Under the pieces are notes generated by a model that was given only the letters and a program-made list of their open reading frames with translations, did no database searches and was not told the origin of the DNA. Made by a program: the position numbers and the translations under genes. DNA of 64,000 nucleotides from Acidobacteriota bacterium (lineage in GTDB: Bacteria > Acidobacteriota > Aminicenantia > UBA2199), in contig JAUPLE010000150.1 of the NCBI GenBank assembly GCA_030837085.1, forward strand, positions 3,016 through 67,015, in the 5' to 3' direction. This document shows positions 18,660 through 30,400 of the stretch, one piece after another. Positions within the stretch are counted from its first letter, which is position 1. Each line of letters starts with the position of its first letter.

Positions 18660-21600
18660 TTAGAATTCAAAGGCAATATAATCTTCCAGGGCAAAACCAT
18701 CTTTGCTGGCAAACAGGGAATGAGAAATTTTGATATCTTTCAACTTGATGTCTCTATTCCCTATTACATTCGTCATAATCTGCTTGAAATAGGTGATAAT
18801 CTTTTCTATGGTCTCTTTTTTAAATAAACTTGTGCCATATTCCATTGAAAGAGTGATGTTTTTACCTATATTTGTCCCGGTCAGGGCCAGGTCGAACCTG
18901 GTTATTTTGACTTCATGGGGATAAAAACTCATTTCTAAATCAGGTGTCTTACCATCCGGTTCACCTTCCAATTGAAGTTCCATATCATTGAAAATATAAA
19001 AGAAATCAAAGAGGGGATTCCTTCGAGCATCCCTTTTAGTGATGACCTTCCGTACCAGTTCTTCAAACTGGAAGTCCTGGTTGTCAAATGCTTCCAATGC
19101 CTTCTTTTTTACTTCACTTAGAAACTCCCTAAATGTTTTATCCCCGGCCGGTTCATTGACCAACACCAGCATATTCTGAAATGTTCCAATTATTTGTTCC
19201 AGGTCAGGATGTGTCCGACCTGACGCCCCGGTGCCGATAATGATGGTTTCCTGGGCGCAGATCCTGGATAACCATATGTTACATATTGCCAGGATAACCA
19301 TAAAAAGGGTGGCCCCTTCTTCCTGTGCTATTTTTTTTAACTGGCTCGTTTCTTCAACTCCTAATGCAAAATTGATAAGACTTCCCGCAAAGCTCTGTAT
19401 CTCGGGTCTCTCAAAATCAATGGGTAGGTTCAACTCCGGTATCCCCCTGTTCAAAACCTCTATCCAGTACTCCTCCTGTTTTTTTATCGCATCGCTTCCT
19501 TTTTTACTGTTCTGCCATTCTGAAAAATCCTTATACTGGATAGGTAATACGGGTAGTTCTTTGTCCACATCTCTAACCAGATGCCAGAACTCTTTCAGCA
19601 AAACTCCCTGTGATAATCCGTCGGCAACGATGTGATGCATATCTACCATTAGTATATATTCGTCAACATCCATTTCAATTAACCCTACTCGCAACAAGGG
19701 GGCTTGAGAAAGGTCAAAGGGCCTTAGAAAATGGCCAAAAATTGTCTCTGGGGAATGCCTTTGGGGACGTTCCGAATGATATTCAATTGCAAATTCCACC
19801 TCTCGGTGTATTCTTTGGCAAGGTTCACCTTCTACCAGTAAAAATGAGGTTCTAAAACTTTCATGCCGTTCGATCAGTTTGTTGAAGATATCCTCAAATT
19901 TTTTCTTATCCGGTTTCATTTTAAGTACGGCCATATTCGGCAGGTTGAAACCTGTATTCTCTAAATCTAATTGCTGGAGTACATAAAATCTCTTTTGTGC
20001 TGAAGATAATGGATAATATTCCTTTGCTTCCACCGGCTCGATCGATGCAAATTTATGTTCCTTTGATGCTCTCATGAACTGCACTTGTTCCGCCAGTTCC
20101 CTTATATAGGGAGTTTTAAATAAATCCACCAAAGTTAATTTTACATCCAGTGTTTTATATATTTTCGAGACCAAGATCATTGCGTTTAAAGAGTTCCCAC
20201 CGAGTTGAAAGAAGTTGGAATCTATACCGATCATATCTTTTTCTATTCCCAAAACTTCAGTCCATATCTCTACAAAACTTTCTTCCACCTTATTTCGAGG
20301 TCCAATATATGCTCCCTCTACCGTTTCGATTTGAGGCTCGGGAAGTGCTTTCCTGTCTATCTTCCCATTGGGAGTTACGGGAATGGCATCCAATGGAACA
20401 AAATAGGCTGGGATCATGTAATCCGGTAGTGTTTGTGACAGGTATTCTCTTAATTCTCTATGCTCGGGCATTCCACGGTTATTTTTCTCTAAAACGATAT
20501 AGGCACACAGGTATTTATCGCCGTGACCATTCACCTTACATACCACCACCGCATCTTTGATATTCTTATTGATAATTAACCGGCGCTCTATTTCTTCCAA
20601 TTCAATCCGGTTTCCCCTTATTTTAACCTGGTAGTCAAATCTTCCCAGGCATTCAATAGAACCATCCTCCCTAAAATAACCGATATCACCCGTTTGATAT
20701 AATACGGCAAAATCGGGGTCCTTAATTTTATCAAGAAAGGGATTGGGAATAAAAGAAGCCTGTGTCTTTTCAACATTCTGCCAATATCCTTTTCCAATAC
20801 CCACGCCTGCCACACATATCTCTCCTCTTATTCCCACTGGGCATAAAGCTAAATGCCGGTCCAGGATATAAATATGTAAATTCTGGAGCGGGTTACCTAT
20901 AGGAATAGTACTTTGGGTTTCAGAAAAAAGCACGGGAACCCTGTAGTGGGTAACATCATCCGATGCTTCTGTGGGGCCATAGGCATTTAAAAGGGGTATA
21001 CAGTGAAAATGACGGTACCATTCTCTTACCAGGGAAGGAGTTAGGGGTTCTCCGGTGGGTATCATCCACCTTAAATGCTTAAGTTCCCCTGCATTTTCCT
21101 GCACCACCGTTTCAAGGAAAGCGGTCATTAAGGAGGGTACTGATTCTAAAATGCTAACTCTACCTTTGCGAAGCACCTGAAAAAAATTCCAGGGTTCCAA
21201 AACGGTTTCTTTATCAACGATAAAAGTAGTTGCCCCCAGCAATAAACCGGTAAGAAATTGCCAGACGGATATATCGAAGCAGGAGGAGGCGGTTTGGGCA
21301 ATGGTATCCCCTGATGTCACGGACAGGTCGTTAATCTTGGCATAAAGATGATTGATCATTCCTAACTGGTGAATTAAAACTCCTTTGGGTTTACCCGTGG
21401 TGCCCGAAGTGTAGATCATATAGACAAATTGATCCGCCACACCGATCAATCCAGGGTTCTCCAGCAACTTGCCATGTTCATTGGTACTAAAGGATTTCTC
21501 ATAATCGAGGTAAAAGACCTGGTTCACCTGGATGGAAGAAGATGCCTCTTGAAGCCGGTTCAAATTTTCATGATTGTCCTCACTAGTTATCACTACTTTT

Positions 21601-24600
21601 GATCCGCTGTTCTCAAGTATATAAATAACCCGATCGGGGGGATAATCTACTTCAATGGGTATATAAGCCCCGTTTGTTTTAAAAACACCAATGATGGAAG
21701 CCAACATGGCAATACTTCTTTTAAGGTATAACGCGACGAAGGTATCTCTGATGCCCTTGCTCAATAAAAGATGCGCGATGTGGTTGGCTTCTTCATTTAA
21801 TCTACTGTAGGTGATATGGCGCTGATTGTGAATGGCCGCTATTTTATGGGGAGCCCTGTCCACCTGTTCTTCAAATAATGCCGGAAAACCTTTATCCCTT
21901 ACGACCTCCTTTTTTGTATTATTAAAGATATACAATATTTTTTCTTTCTCTTCTTCCGTTATTATTTCAATTTCTGCAATCCTCCGATCTCTATCACGGA
22001 TAACAGAGTTCACCACCTGTTTGAAGCAATTGACAAAACGTTTGATAGTCTCTTTTCTAAAAAGTTTTGTACAGTATTCGAATGAGAAAAACAGGAATTT
22101 TGGAGTTTTCATCCCGGTTAATGTCAAATCAAATTTCGTGGTTTTCTTTTCATACGAATACATACTCTTCGTTGAATTAAGGCGCTCTGACAGCGGGGAT
22201 TCAGTAGTTCCGCCTATGGCCCCCGTACCGGTATCTTTATCCGTAAAGGAAAACATAACGTCAAAAATGGGATTGCGGCTGGTGTCCCTGGCGACCGCGA
22301 CCTTTTCAACCAGTTCTTCAAATTGATAATCATGGTTTTCAAAAGCTTGTAACGTTCGCTCTTTTAATTCCTGCAAAAATCCTGTGTATACCTTTTCTGC
22401 CGCCGGGAAGTTCCTCAAGGCAAGTGTATTGACAAACATACCGATAATATTCTCCAGGTCAGCATGGTTGCGGCCCGCCACATCAACCCCTACGATGATA
22501 TCTTGCTGATTGCAGATATTTGATAGCGTTATATTGAATAGGGATAATAAAACCATAAATATTGTGGTGTCAGCCTTTGCAGCAATTTTTCCTAACGCTA
22601 TTGTTTCTGTTTCATCCAGGTTAAAGTATACCATAGCCCCTTCAAAACTCTGGACGACAGGTCTTGGGAAATCCGTCGGGATATCTAATACGGGGATTTC
22701 CCCCTGGAATTCTTTTAACCAATATTCTTCCTTTTTTTTCAGGGCTTCTATCACTGCGCGGCTTTGCTGCCACTCCGAATAATCTTTATAGTGAAGTTTC
22801 AACGGAGATAAATCTTCCCCGTTGTATAATGCCGAGATCTCACGGATCAATACTTCTTGCGAAACTCCATCGGTAATGATATGATGCATGTCCAACATCG
22901 CTATATTCTGCAGCCCTTCGGATTTTATCAGCCCTAACCGCAGCAAAGGGGCCAGGGTTAAATCGAAAGGCCGGATAAAATCCCGGAAAATCTCAGTTAC
23001 TGTTTTCTTCGCATTGCCCCCGGCTTCATGATACTCAATTCCGATGTTAATATTGGGATGAATTTTTTGAACCGGTTTTTCATGGATTAACTCAAAGGAG
23101 GTTCTTAAGCTTTCATGCCTGGAGATTAATTTACTGCAAATCTCTTCCATTTTTTTCTCATTCATCCCCTCGCCCAGGTTGAACAGGATCGGCATATTAT
23201 AGCTGGTACCTTCTAAGTCCAATTGCTGTAAAACATACAACCGTTTTTGAGACGATGAGAGGACATAATACTCTTTCTTTTCCACCGGTTCAATGGAGAT
23301 ATAGTTAACCGGAGTTTCTTTTTGGATAATTTGCGCCAATTCCCGAATAGTTTGCGCATCAAAAATTTCGGCCAGGGGTAATTTTATGTTCAGTGCCTTA
23401 TGGATTTTTGAAATCAGTAAGATCGCTTTAAGCGAATGGCCACCCAGTTCAAAAAAATTGCTGTTTATACCAATAACGCTTTTATCAATATCTAAAACCT
23501 CAGCCCAGATATCCGCCAATTTTTCTTCAATTTCATTGCGCGGAGCAATATAGCCGTCTCCTTTTTTTATTTCGGGGTCAGGCAGCGCTTTCCTGTCTAT
23601 TTTTCCATTGGGAGTTAGAGGAATTTTTTCCAAAATCATAAAATACGACGGTATCATATAATAAGGCAGGTTTAATGCTAAATGTTCCCGTAAATTAGGT
23701 AATGCAAGCTGGGCAGAAGGATGGAAAACCACATAAGCGCATAAATATTTCTCACCGTTTTCGTCTTCTTTTGCCACAGCCACTGCTTCTTTTACTGCAT
23801 CCAGGCTTAACAATTGATGTTCGATTTCTTCCAATTCGATTCGGAATCCCCTGACTTTCACCTGGTAGTCCTTGCGGCCCAGGAATTCCAGGTTGCCGTC
23901 TTCCCTAAAATAGCCGATATCACCTGTTTTATAAATAATTTCATAGTCATGGCCGCCAATTTCTGGGGCATAAGGATTGGGGACAAAGGACTTCGCAGTT
24001 TTCGTAGGATTTTTCAGATAACCTTTTCCCACCCCAATCCCGGCAATACAAATTTCGCCGGGAACTTTTGTTGGGCATAACGATAAATTGGTATCCATTA
24101 TGTATATGTGAAGATTTTGCAGCGGTTTGCCGATGGGAATGGTGCCCTGATCTTCCAGGTCAGCCGCCTCGATTACCCAGAGGGTAACATCATCTGATGC
24201 TTCTGCGGGGCCATAGGCATTTACCAACTTTATCCCGGGACAATGTCGGTACCACTGCCGGGCCAGGGCTACCGGCAGCGCTTCTCCGGTGGGTATCATC
24301 CATCTCAAATACTTCAACTCTTTATGGCCTTCCTGCTTAATTACTTCAAGGAAGGCAGCCATTAGCGCCGGCACAGCTTCCAGGATTGTAACCCTACCTT
24401 TCTGCAGCGAATAAATCAGGCGACTGGGTTCGCCTACCTCCTGGCGATCGACAATATAAACGGCACCTCCCAGGATCCCGGCTGTTAAAAATTGCCAGAC
24501 GGAGATATCAAACGAAAGTGAAGCGGTCTGGGCAATAATATCTTCTTCGGTTATACCCAGGAAAGCGATATTGGCATAGATATGATTGAGCATACCCAGG

Positions 24601-25961
24601 TGATGGATCATGACTCCCTTTGGCAATCCGGTAGTCCCGGAGGTGTAAATTATATAGGCGAGATTATCCGATGAAATAGGGAGCCGGGAATTTTCCGTCG
24701 AATATCCATTAAGGGTATGGCTCAATTGGGTGTCGCCATCCAGGTACAGCACCGTCAGCAAACCCGGAAGACGATCTTTTACTTGATTAACCGTTTCAAT
24801 ATTTTCCGTTTGCGTTATCAATACTTTTGCTTCGCAATCTTCAAGGATGTTTTTAATCCTTTCCCCCGGGTAATCGATATCGAGTCCCAGGTAAGCTCCC
24901 CCGGCTTTAAATGTCCCGAAAATGGATGCCAGCATTTTTATGCATCTTTTCATATATATTGCCACAAATGCATCGGCCGCTATTCCGTTACTACTTAAAA
25001 ACCGGGCAATACGGTTGGCCTCCCCGTTTAACTTCTTGTAGGTAATTTGATTGTTACCATTGAATATGGCGGCAATTCGATCCCCACACCGGTGGACCTG
25101 TTCCTCGAACAACTGGTGATAACATATATCTCGCCTGATATCCTTTTGGGTATTATTGAATTCAAAGAGTATCCGTTTCTTTTCCTCTAGTGAGAGGATC
25201 GTCACTGTCGATATGGTCGAATCAACACTAAAAAGGATTTGCTGCAAAAGAGTTTTCAAATGGATAATAAGTCTTTGAAACCTGGCTTGCTCGTACCGCT
25301 GCGAATTGTATTGAATGGAGCCTATAACGTTATCATCTGTTCTGAAAAATGAAAATACTGTGTTGGTCTGAATATTCCGGGTATATCTTTTATCCTGGAT
25401 ATTTTCCATTATAAGCATCACATCAAATAATGGGAAATCAATACCCGTCTCATCATAGGTTAAATCCAGTTGCTCAATCAATACTTCCATGGGGTAATTC
25501 TGATTTTCAATGGCTTCGGTAATAACCTGCAGCACCTGCAGCAACAGCTCTTTAAACGTCATCCCAGGAGCAATTTGACTTCGTAAGGGAAGAACGGTAT
25601 TGATAAATTCAATATCCACATCCTGTTTATAAATGGGGGAACCTAAAATGATATCGGAGTGTCCGGTATATTTATGGAGCAAAATAACCAATGCCGCCAC
25701 CAGGATCATATGCAACCTGGAATCAGCGCCTTTACTTAATTGCATTAACCGGCTAAATAGCTCACCCTCCAGGCAAAAATCCACACGCGCATCAGCTGCG
25801 GCGTATCCATTTTCGGAGGCATCGCTCTTTACGATAAATCGATCGTAATGAAAGTAACTTTTCACCCATTCTCCAGATAGTTTTTGTAACCAATAATCTC
25901 TCTCTTTGAGTTTTTGATTGGCTGCAATCATCAACCGGTCATTTATTTTTCGTTTCAGCAT
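18660..25961 (-). CDS. Bimodular NRPS: Clobe - A - T - C - A - T - C (2433 aa), ending in a full C domain plus tail ...DYIAFEF
   Basis: N-terminal Clobe (DYWLQKLSGEW, FINTVLPLRS, NQNYPME, FPLFDV). Two paralogous A domains (AYIIYTSGTTGLPKG / VYMIYTSGTTGKPKG; FDISVWQF; AYGP(A/T)EASDD; YKTGDIGYF / YQTGDIGYF). T motifs LGGHSLKA and LGGNSLNA. C domains with MHHIITDGVSQ and MHHIVADGLSQ. Confidence 0.9.
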   Translation of the reverse strand: MLKRKINDRLMIAANQKLKERDYWLQKLSGEWVKSYFHYDRFIVKSDASENGYAAADARVDFCLEGELFSRLMQLSKGADSRLHMILVAALVILLHKYTGHSDIILGSPIYKQDVDIEFINTVLPLRSQIAPGMTFKELLLQVLQVITEAIENQNYPMEVLIEQLDLTYDETGIDFPLFDVMLIMENIQDKRYTRNIQTNTVFSFFRTDDNVIGSIQYNSQRYEQARFQRLIIHLKTLLQQILFSVDSTISTVTILSLEEKKRILFEFNNTQKDIRRDICYHQLFEEQVHRCGDRIAAIFNGNNQITYKKLNGEANRIARFLSSNGIAADAFVAIYMKRCIKMLASIFGTFKAGGAYLGLDIDYPGERIKNILEDCEAKVLITQTENIETVNQVKDRLPGLLTVLYLDGDTQLSHTLNGYSTENSRLPISSDNLAYIIYTSGTTGLPKGVMIHHLGMLNHIYANIAFLGITEEDIIAQTASLSFDISVWQFLTAGILGGAVYIVDRQEVGEPSRLIYSLQKGRVTILEAVPALMAAFLEVIKQEGHKELKYLRWMIPTGEALPVALARQWYRHCPGIKLVNAYGPAEASDDVTLWVIEAADLEDQGTIPIGKPLQNLHIYIMDTNLSLCPTKVPGEICIAGIGVGKGYLKNPTKTAKSFVPNPYAPEIGGHDYEIIYKTGDIGYFREDGNLEFLGRKDYQVKVRGFRIELEEIEHQLLSLDAVKEAVAVAKEDENGEKYLCAYVVFHPSAQLALPNLREHLALNLPYYMIPSYFMILEKIPLTPNGKIDRKALPDPEIKKGDGYIAPRNEIEEKLADIWAEVLDIDKSVIGINSNFFELGGHSLKAILLISKIHKALNIKLPLAEIFDAQTIRELAQIIQKETPVNYISIEPVEKKEYYVLSSSQKRLYVLQQLDLEGTSYNMPILFNLGEGMNEKKMEEICSKLISRHESLRTSFELIHEKPVQKIHPNINIGIEYHEAGGNAKKTVTEIFRDFIRPFDLTLAPLLRLGLIKSEGLQNIAMLDMHHIITDGVSQEVLIREISALYNGEDLSPLKLHYKDYSEWQQSRAVIEALKKKEEYWLKEFQGEIPVLDIPTDFPRPVVQSFEGAMVYFNLDETETIALGKIAAKADTTIFMVLLSLFNITLSNICNQQDIIVGVDVAGRNHADLENIIGMFVNTLALRNFPAAEKVYTGFLQELKERTLQAFENHDYQFEELVEKVAVARDTSRNPIFDVMFSFTDKDTGTGAIGGTTESPLSERLNSTKSMYSYEKKTTKFDLTLTGMKTPKFLFFSFEYCTKLFRKETIKRFVNCFKQVVNSVIRDRDRRIAEIEIITEEEKEKILYIFNNTKKEVVRDKGFPALFEEQVDRAPHKIAAIHNQRHITYSRLNEEANHIAHLLLSKGIRDTFVALYLKRSIAMLASIIGVFKTNGAYIPIEVDYPPDRVIYILENSGSKVVITSEDNHENLNRLQEASSSIQVNQVFYLDYEKSFSTNEHGKLLENPGLIGVADQFVYMIYTSGTTGKPKGVLIHQLGMINHLYAKINDLSVTSGDTIAQTASSCFDISVWQFLTGLLLGATTFIVDKETVLEPWNFFQVLRKGRVSILESVPSLMTAFLETVVQENAGELKHLRWMIPTGEPLTPSLVREWYRHFHCIPLLNAYGPTEASDDVTHYRVPVLFSETQSTIPIGNPLQNLHIYILDRHLALCPVGIRGEICVAGVGIGKGYWQNVEKTQASFIPNPFLDKIKDPDFAVLYQTGDIGYFREDGSIECLGRFDYQVKIRGNRIELEEIERRLIINKNIKDAVVVCKVNGHGDKYLCAYIVLEKNNRGMPEHRELREYLSQTLPDYMIPAYFVPLDAIPVTPNGKIDRKALPEPQIETVEGAYIGPRNKVEESFVEIWTEVLGIEKDMIGIDSNFFQLGGNSLNAMILVSKIYKTLDVKLTLVDLFKTPYIRELAEQVQFMRASKEHKFASIEPVEAKEYYPLSSAQKRFYVLQQLDLENTGFNLPNMAVLKMKPDKKKFEDIFNKLIERHESFRTSFLLVEGEPCQRIHREVEFAIEYHSERPQRHSPETIFGHFLRPFDLSQAPLLRVGLIEMDVDEYILMVDMHHIVADGLSQGVLLKEFWHLVRDVDKELPVLPIQYKDFSEWQNSKKGSDAIKKQEEYWIEVLNRGIPELNLPIDFERPEIQSFAGSLINFALGVEETSQLKKIAQEEGATLFMVILAICNIWLSRICAQETIIIGTGASGRTHPDLEQIIGTFQNMLVLVNEPAGDKTFREFLSEVKKKALEAFDNQDFQFEELVRKVITKRDARRNPLFDFFYIFNDMELQLEGEPDGKTPDLEMSFYPHEVKITRFDLALTGTNIGKNITLSMEYGTSLFKKETIEKIITYFKQIMTNVIGNRDIKLKDIKISHSLFASKDGFALEDYIAFEF

Positions 25962-25994
25962 CGGTTATTTTGCTCCCTTTCTTTTTTAATTTTT

Positions 25995-27374
25995 TTAGCC
26001 TAATTCGCGTTCCAATTGATTGTTGACTTTTTCGAAAATTTCGATCGCCTTTTGAACAATTTTGGGAGTTGTTATTAAGGGGGGCAAAAAACGAACCACA
26101 TTGGAGTAGTGCCCACCCAATTCAACCAGCAGGCCATTTTCGAAGCATTTCTTACGCATCTGCTGGGCCATCTCAGGAAACGGTTCTTTACTATTCGGAT
26201 TTTTCACATATTCGATTCCGAAAAACATGCCGATTCCTCTTACCTCACCGATAAATTTCGATTTTTTCTGGATGCATACCAGGCTGCCCAGCATCTCTTT
26301 TCCCAGTTCTTTTACATATTTCTCAATGTGGTGAGATTTTGCGAATCTTATGGCCGATGCAGCGGCTGCAATACTCAACTGGTTTCCCCGGAAGGTCCCG
26401 GCGTGGGTACCTTTCTCCCAGGTATCCAGGTTTTTTTTATAGATCACCATTGCAATAGGCATACCAATACCCCCTAGACCTTTTGAGATTGTAATGATAT
26501 CAGGAACGGCCCTAAAATTTTCAAAAGAGAAAAAGGGACCAGTCCGGTAAAAACCGGATTGAATCTCATCAAAAATCAACGGTATTTCCAAATCATGGCC
26601 TATTTGCACCAGTTCTTCAAGAAAACCTTCTTTGGGAATAATGGTCCCCCCTTCTCCTTGTACCGGTTCAACAATAATGGCCGCCGGTTTTTCAATACCT
26701 GAGCATGGATTTTCCAATGAAATCCGGACATATTGGGCACACTCCACACGGCATGCATCGGGCTGTTTACCAAATGCACAGCGATAACAATAACAATAGG
26801 GCATGAAATGAACCCCAGGTTCTAAAGAAGGGACTTTTTTCCGATGGTGTAAATGGGCGGTGACGCTTAATGCACCACTTGTCATCCCATGATAAGCCCC
26901 CTGGAAGGAGATGATGCTGTGCCTACCGGTATTTATTTTGGCTAATTTTAAAGCGGCCTCAATTGCATCGGTTCCTGCGGGACCACAAAAATTAAACTTT
27001 GAATTTCCCCTTAATTCATCGGGTAATGAGGCATCCAGCTCTTCCATAAAGTCTACTTTATTCCTGGTGGGGAAATCCAACGATTGGATCATTTTTTTTT
27101 GCTGCTTTTCCATATCAGCCATTACATCTTTATTATTGTGCCCCAGGTTCAATACACCGCATCCGGCAAAAAAGTCTATATATTGATTGCCGTCTATGTC
27201 TTCTATAATAGAGCCCAAAGCTCTTTCAAAAGCGACCGGAATACTCTGGGGATAAGAGCGGTTATTTGCTTCCAACTCCCTCTGTTTTTCAAGCAATTTG
27301 AGAGAATTGGGCCCCGGTATATTCTCTGTCACAATAGCTGCTTCTTCAGTTAAATGATAACTTTCAAAACTCAT
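25995..27374 (-). CDS. Class-III (GABA/DABA/GSA-type) PLP-dependent aminotransferase with a Cys-rich insertion
   Basis: Family motifs DFFAGCGVLNLGHN, IISFQGAYHGMT, IVEPVQGEGG, LIFDEIQSGFYRTG, ITISKGLGGIGMP (putative PLP Lys). The insertion PYCYCYRCAFGKQPDACRVECAQY contains 7 Cys. Confidence 0.8.
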   Translation of the reverse strand: MSFESYHLTEEAAIVTENIPGPNSLKLLEKQRELEANNRSYPQSIPVAFERALGSIIEDIDGNQYIDFFAGCGVLNLGHNNKDVMADMEKQQKKMIQSLDFPTRNKVDFMEELDASLPDELRGNSKFNFCGPAGTDAIEAALKLAKINTGRHSIISFQGAYHGMTSGALSVTAHLHHRKKVPSLEPGVHFMPYCYCYRCAFGKQPDACRVECAQYVRISLENPCSGIEKPAAIIVEPVQGEGGTIIPKEGFLEELVQIGHDLEIPLIFDEIQSGFYRTGPFFSFENFRAVPDIITISKGLGGIGMPIAMVIYKKNLDTWEKGTHAGTFRGNQLSIAAAASAIRFAKSHHIEKYVKELGKEMLGSLVCIQKKSKFIGEVRGIGMFFGIEYVKNPNSKEPFPEMAQQMRKKCFENGLLVELGGHYSNVVRFLPPLITTPKIVQKAIEIFEKVNNQLERELG

Positions 27375-27414
27375 AATATCCTCCTATTTATAAATTATTT
27401 TCTATTCTTTGCTA

Positions 27415-30400
27415 TTAAAAACCAAAATCTTCGTTATTGCCCAGGAAGACAGGCAATGCCTCTCCCAGACCAGTTGAAACTGTAATGCTTTTCAATAAAA
27501 TATCCTTGTTTTGTGTCACCGTTCGTAATACCTCTTTATAAGAATCGATAAACTTTTCGATTGTTTCTCTTTTAAATAATTTGGTGCAATACATCAATGT
27601 GAAAGAAAAGTCGTTCCCTGATTCCACTACAGCCAACGTAATATCAACCGGAGACGTCCCCACATTGAATTCAGTAGGCACAAACTTCAGCCCCTCGACT
27701 TCCAAAAGGGATAAATTATTCCTTATCATAATGAATTCCACATCATTCAACGGATTCCTGCTCAAATTTTTAATGATACCCAACTTCTCCGCCAGCATTC
27801 CCAGGGGGTATAGATGATTTTTAAAGGCCATAAGTAGATTTTCTTTCACGCTGCTTAAAAAACCGGCAAAAGTTTTTTCTTCTTCTATGAGAGTCCTCAT
27901 GGGTATAACATTCATAAACACCCCGATGACTCTTTCTAATTCCTCCAGGTCCCTGCCAGCAATCGGTGAACCGACGATGATGTCTTTCTGCCCGGTATAA
28001 CGGGATAATAATATATTAAAAGCAGCTAATAATACCATGTACACCGTTGCGCCGGTATCTTCAGCCAATACATGGATGTTTTGGGTCACATGGTTCTCCA
28101 ACTTGAAATGAATCCATTCACCTTCAAAGCTTTGAGATTTGGGACGTGGATAATCGGTAGGCATATTTAACAACGGTATTTCCCCGGAAAATTTCTCCAG
28201 CCAATAAACTTCCTGTTTTTTGCACTCCCTGAACTCCAGGAATCGGTGCTGCCATTGGGCATAATCTTTGTATTGCAATTTTAATCCAGGTAATTGCTTA
28301 CCTCCATATAAAGCGACTAACTCTTCAAATATGATCTCCATGGAGTAACCATCGGTTATAATATGATGCATCCCGAAAAGCATAACATGATTCTCACCAG
28401 ACATTTTTACCAATTTCACCCTCATCAACGGCGGCTGTGTGAGATCAAAGGGGGTTCTGAATTTATTGATGATCGTCTTCATTTCATATTCCGGGTTCCC
28501 AGATTCAATCAGATCAACATATTCAATTTCGAAATCAGCGGTTTCATGGACTTTTATGACGGGTTGACCGGCGATTAAATGGAAGGATGTACGTAAACTT
28601 TCCTGTCTTCGGATTAATGCCCGCCACGCATTTTCAAAACGGGCAATATTTAATTTTCCCGATAAAGGAACATAACGAAATGTATTATAGGTTTCACTAA
28701 TATTTTCGAATTCATTGATAATAAAAAATTTTTTTTGAGCCACAGAAGCGGGATAATATTCTTTTTTTTCCACCGGTTCCAGGGATAAGCGGTCACTCTT
28801 AATTGATTTGTACCCGAACTTTTCCGCCATTTTCCAGGTGACATCTCCGAGGAAATCGGTATGATAATGATCCCTCCAATTATCTGCGACACCAGGATCA
28901 ATATGTTTGTGCCGCATGAATTTTACATCTCCTATCATACGTCCTTCCGAGTGAGTACTATCCGTCATTCGCCGATTTTGCTCTTTATAGGGTTGGATCA
29001 TTCCCGGGTGAAATTCCAGGTTAAGAAAACGGCAAATTCCTTCCATGCAATGATAGGGATCATACACCAGGTCTTCGAACTTTATCCAATGTTGACGGTT
29101 TTGGGGGATATTCTCCAAAAACTCCAGGATGTTCCGATGGGAAATAAACCAGATGGCTTCAGCTATCCGGCGCCTGGAGAGGGATAGATCGTGGGTGCTT
29201 TGATTACTAAAAAGTAAATCCAACCGTGCTTCTTCAAAAGAGTGAATCATCCCGTAAGGATGACGTATGAGATGGATATAGAGTGAGTTTGAAAAATCAC
29301 TTTCAGCCTTTTTCAACACCTCAAGGCTAAATGAATAATCCGGGGTTTTATCCACCAATAACCGATCGCCAATACCTTCTTGCAGCACCCGGTAAAACTG
29401 CTTAGTCGTCATAATCCGCTGCTGGAACTCCCGGATCATACGCCCGGCTTCTTCCACATCACACCCCTTAATTTCCATAAGCGCACGGATGGAAGATTGC
29501 AGGGTAAAGTTCACTTCATTGAGAGTATTATAAGAGAGTAAGCCTAATTCGGGAGGAGCAAATAATTTTGGATGTCCGGCCAGCATGACCCGTAGTAAAG
29601 TCGTACCGGAACGAGGGGGGGAGAGAATAAAAATTGCCGGTGGGTTCGCAGGAGATTGAGTTTCAAAAAGGGAAGGGGGAGATGGCAGCAAGTGCCGGAC
29701 CCTTTCAATGATCTCCATATCGACTCCCGGCTCCCCTCCAGGGGAATCAGGGGATATTGGCCTACCTGTTATTGCCCCTGCTGCTTCCGGATAGTTTTTA
29801 ATAATATAGCCAGCCAATTCAGTAATGGTGGGCGCTTCGAATATTATATTAATATGTACAATCTCATTCAACAACGTATTGTACCTGTTGACAAACTTCA
29901 TACCTTTAAGAGAATCCCCTCCTAATTCAAAAAAATTATCATGGATACCCACACGGTCAATCCCCAGGAGTTCCTGCCAGATTTCAACCAGTTTTTGCTC
30001 TATTTCATTTCCCGGTTCCACGTAACTCACGCTCAATTCAGGGCGCTGATGGCGTGGTTTTGCAGTACTTTGCTCTTCGACAATATCAATATCGGTAGAC
30101 AACATGCCGGAGGCATTGAAACGGTCTGTCATATGTTCTAAATCGATGGTAGATACCACCACACGGGGCATGGGATCAGCTAATATACGGCGAAATACAT
30201 CGATTCCTTCGGGAGGAGTAATACCTTCTTCCATAGCTTTGCCCCACAAATCCTTGTGTTTTTGCTCCGCAATCACTGAAACGCCGACATTTTGCCATCT
30301 ATCCCAGTTGATAGAGATGGCAATTGTACCGCTGTTAAAAAACCTGCTGGCCGCAAAGGCATCAAGAAAAGCGTTGGCAGCCGCATAAGCGGTTTGACCG

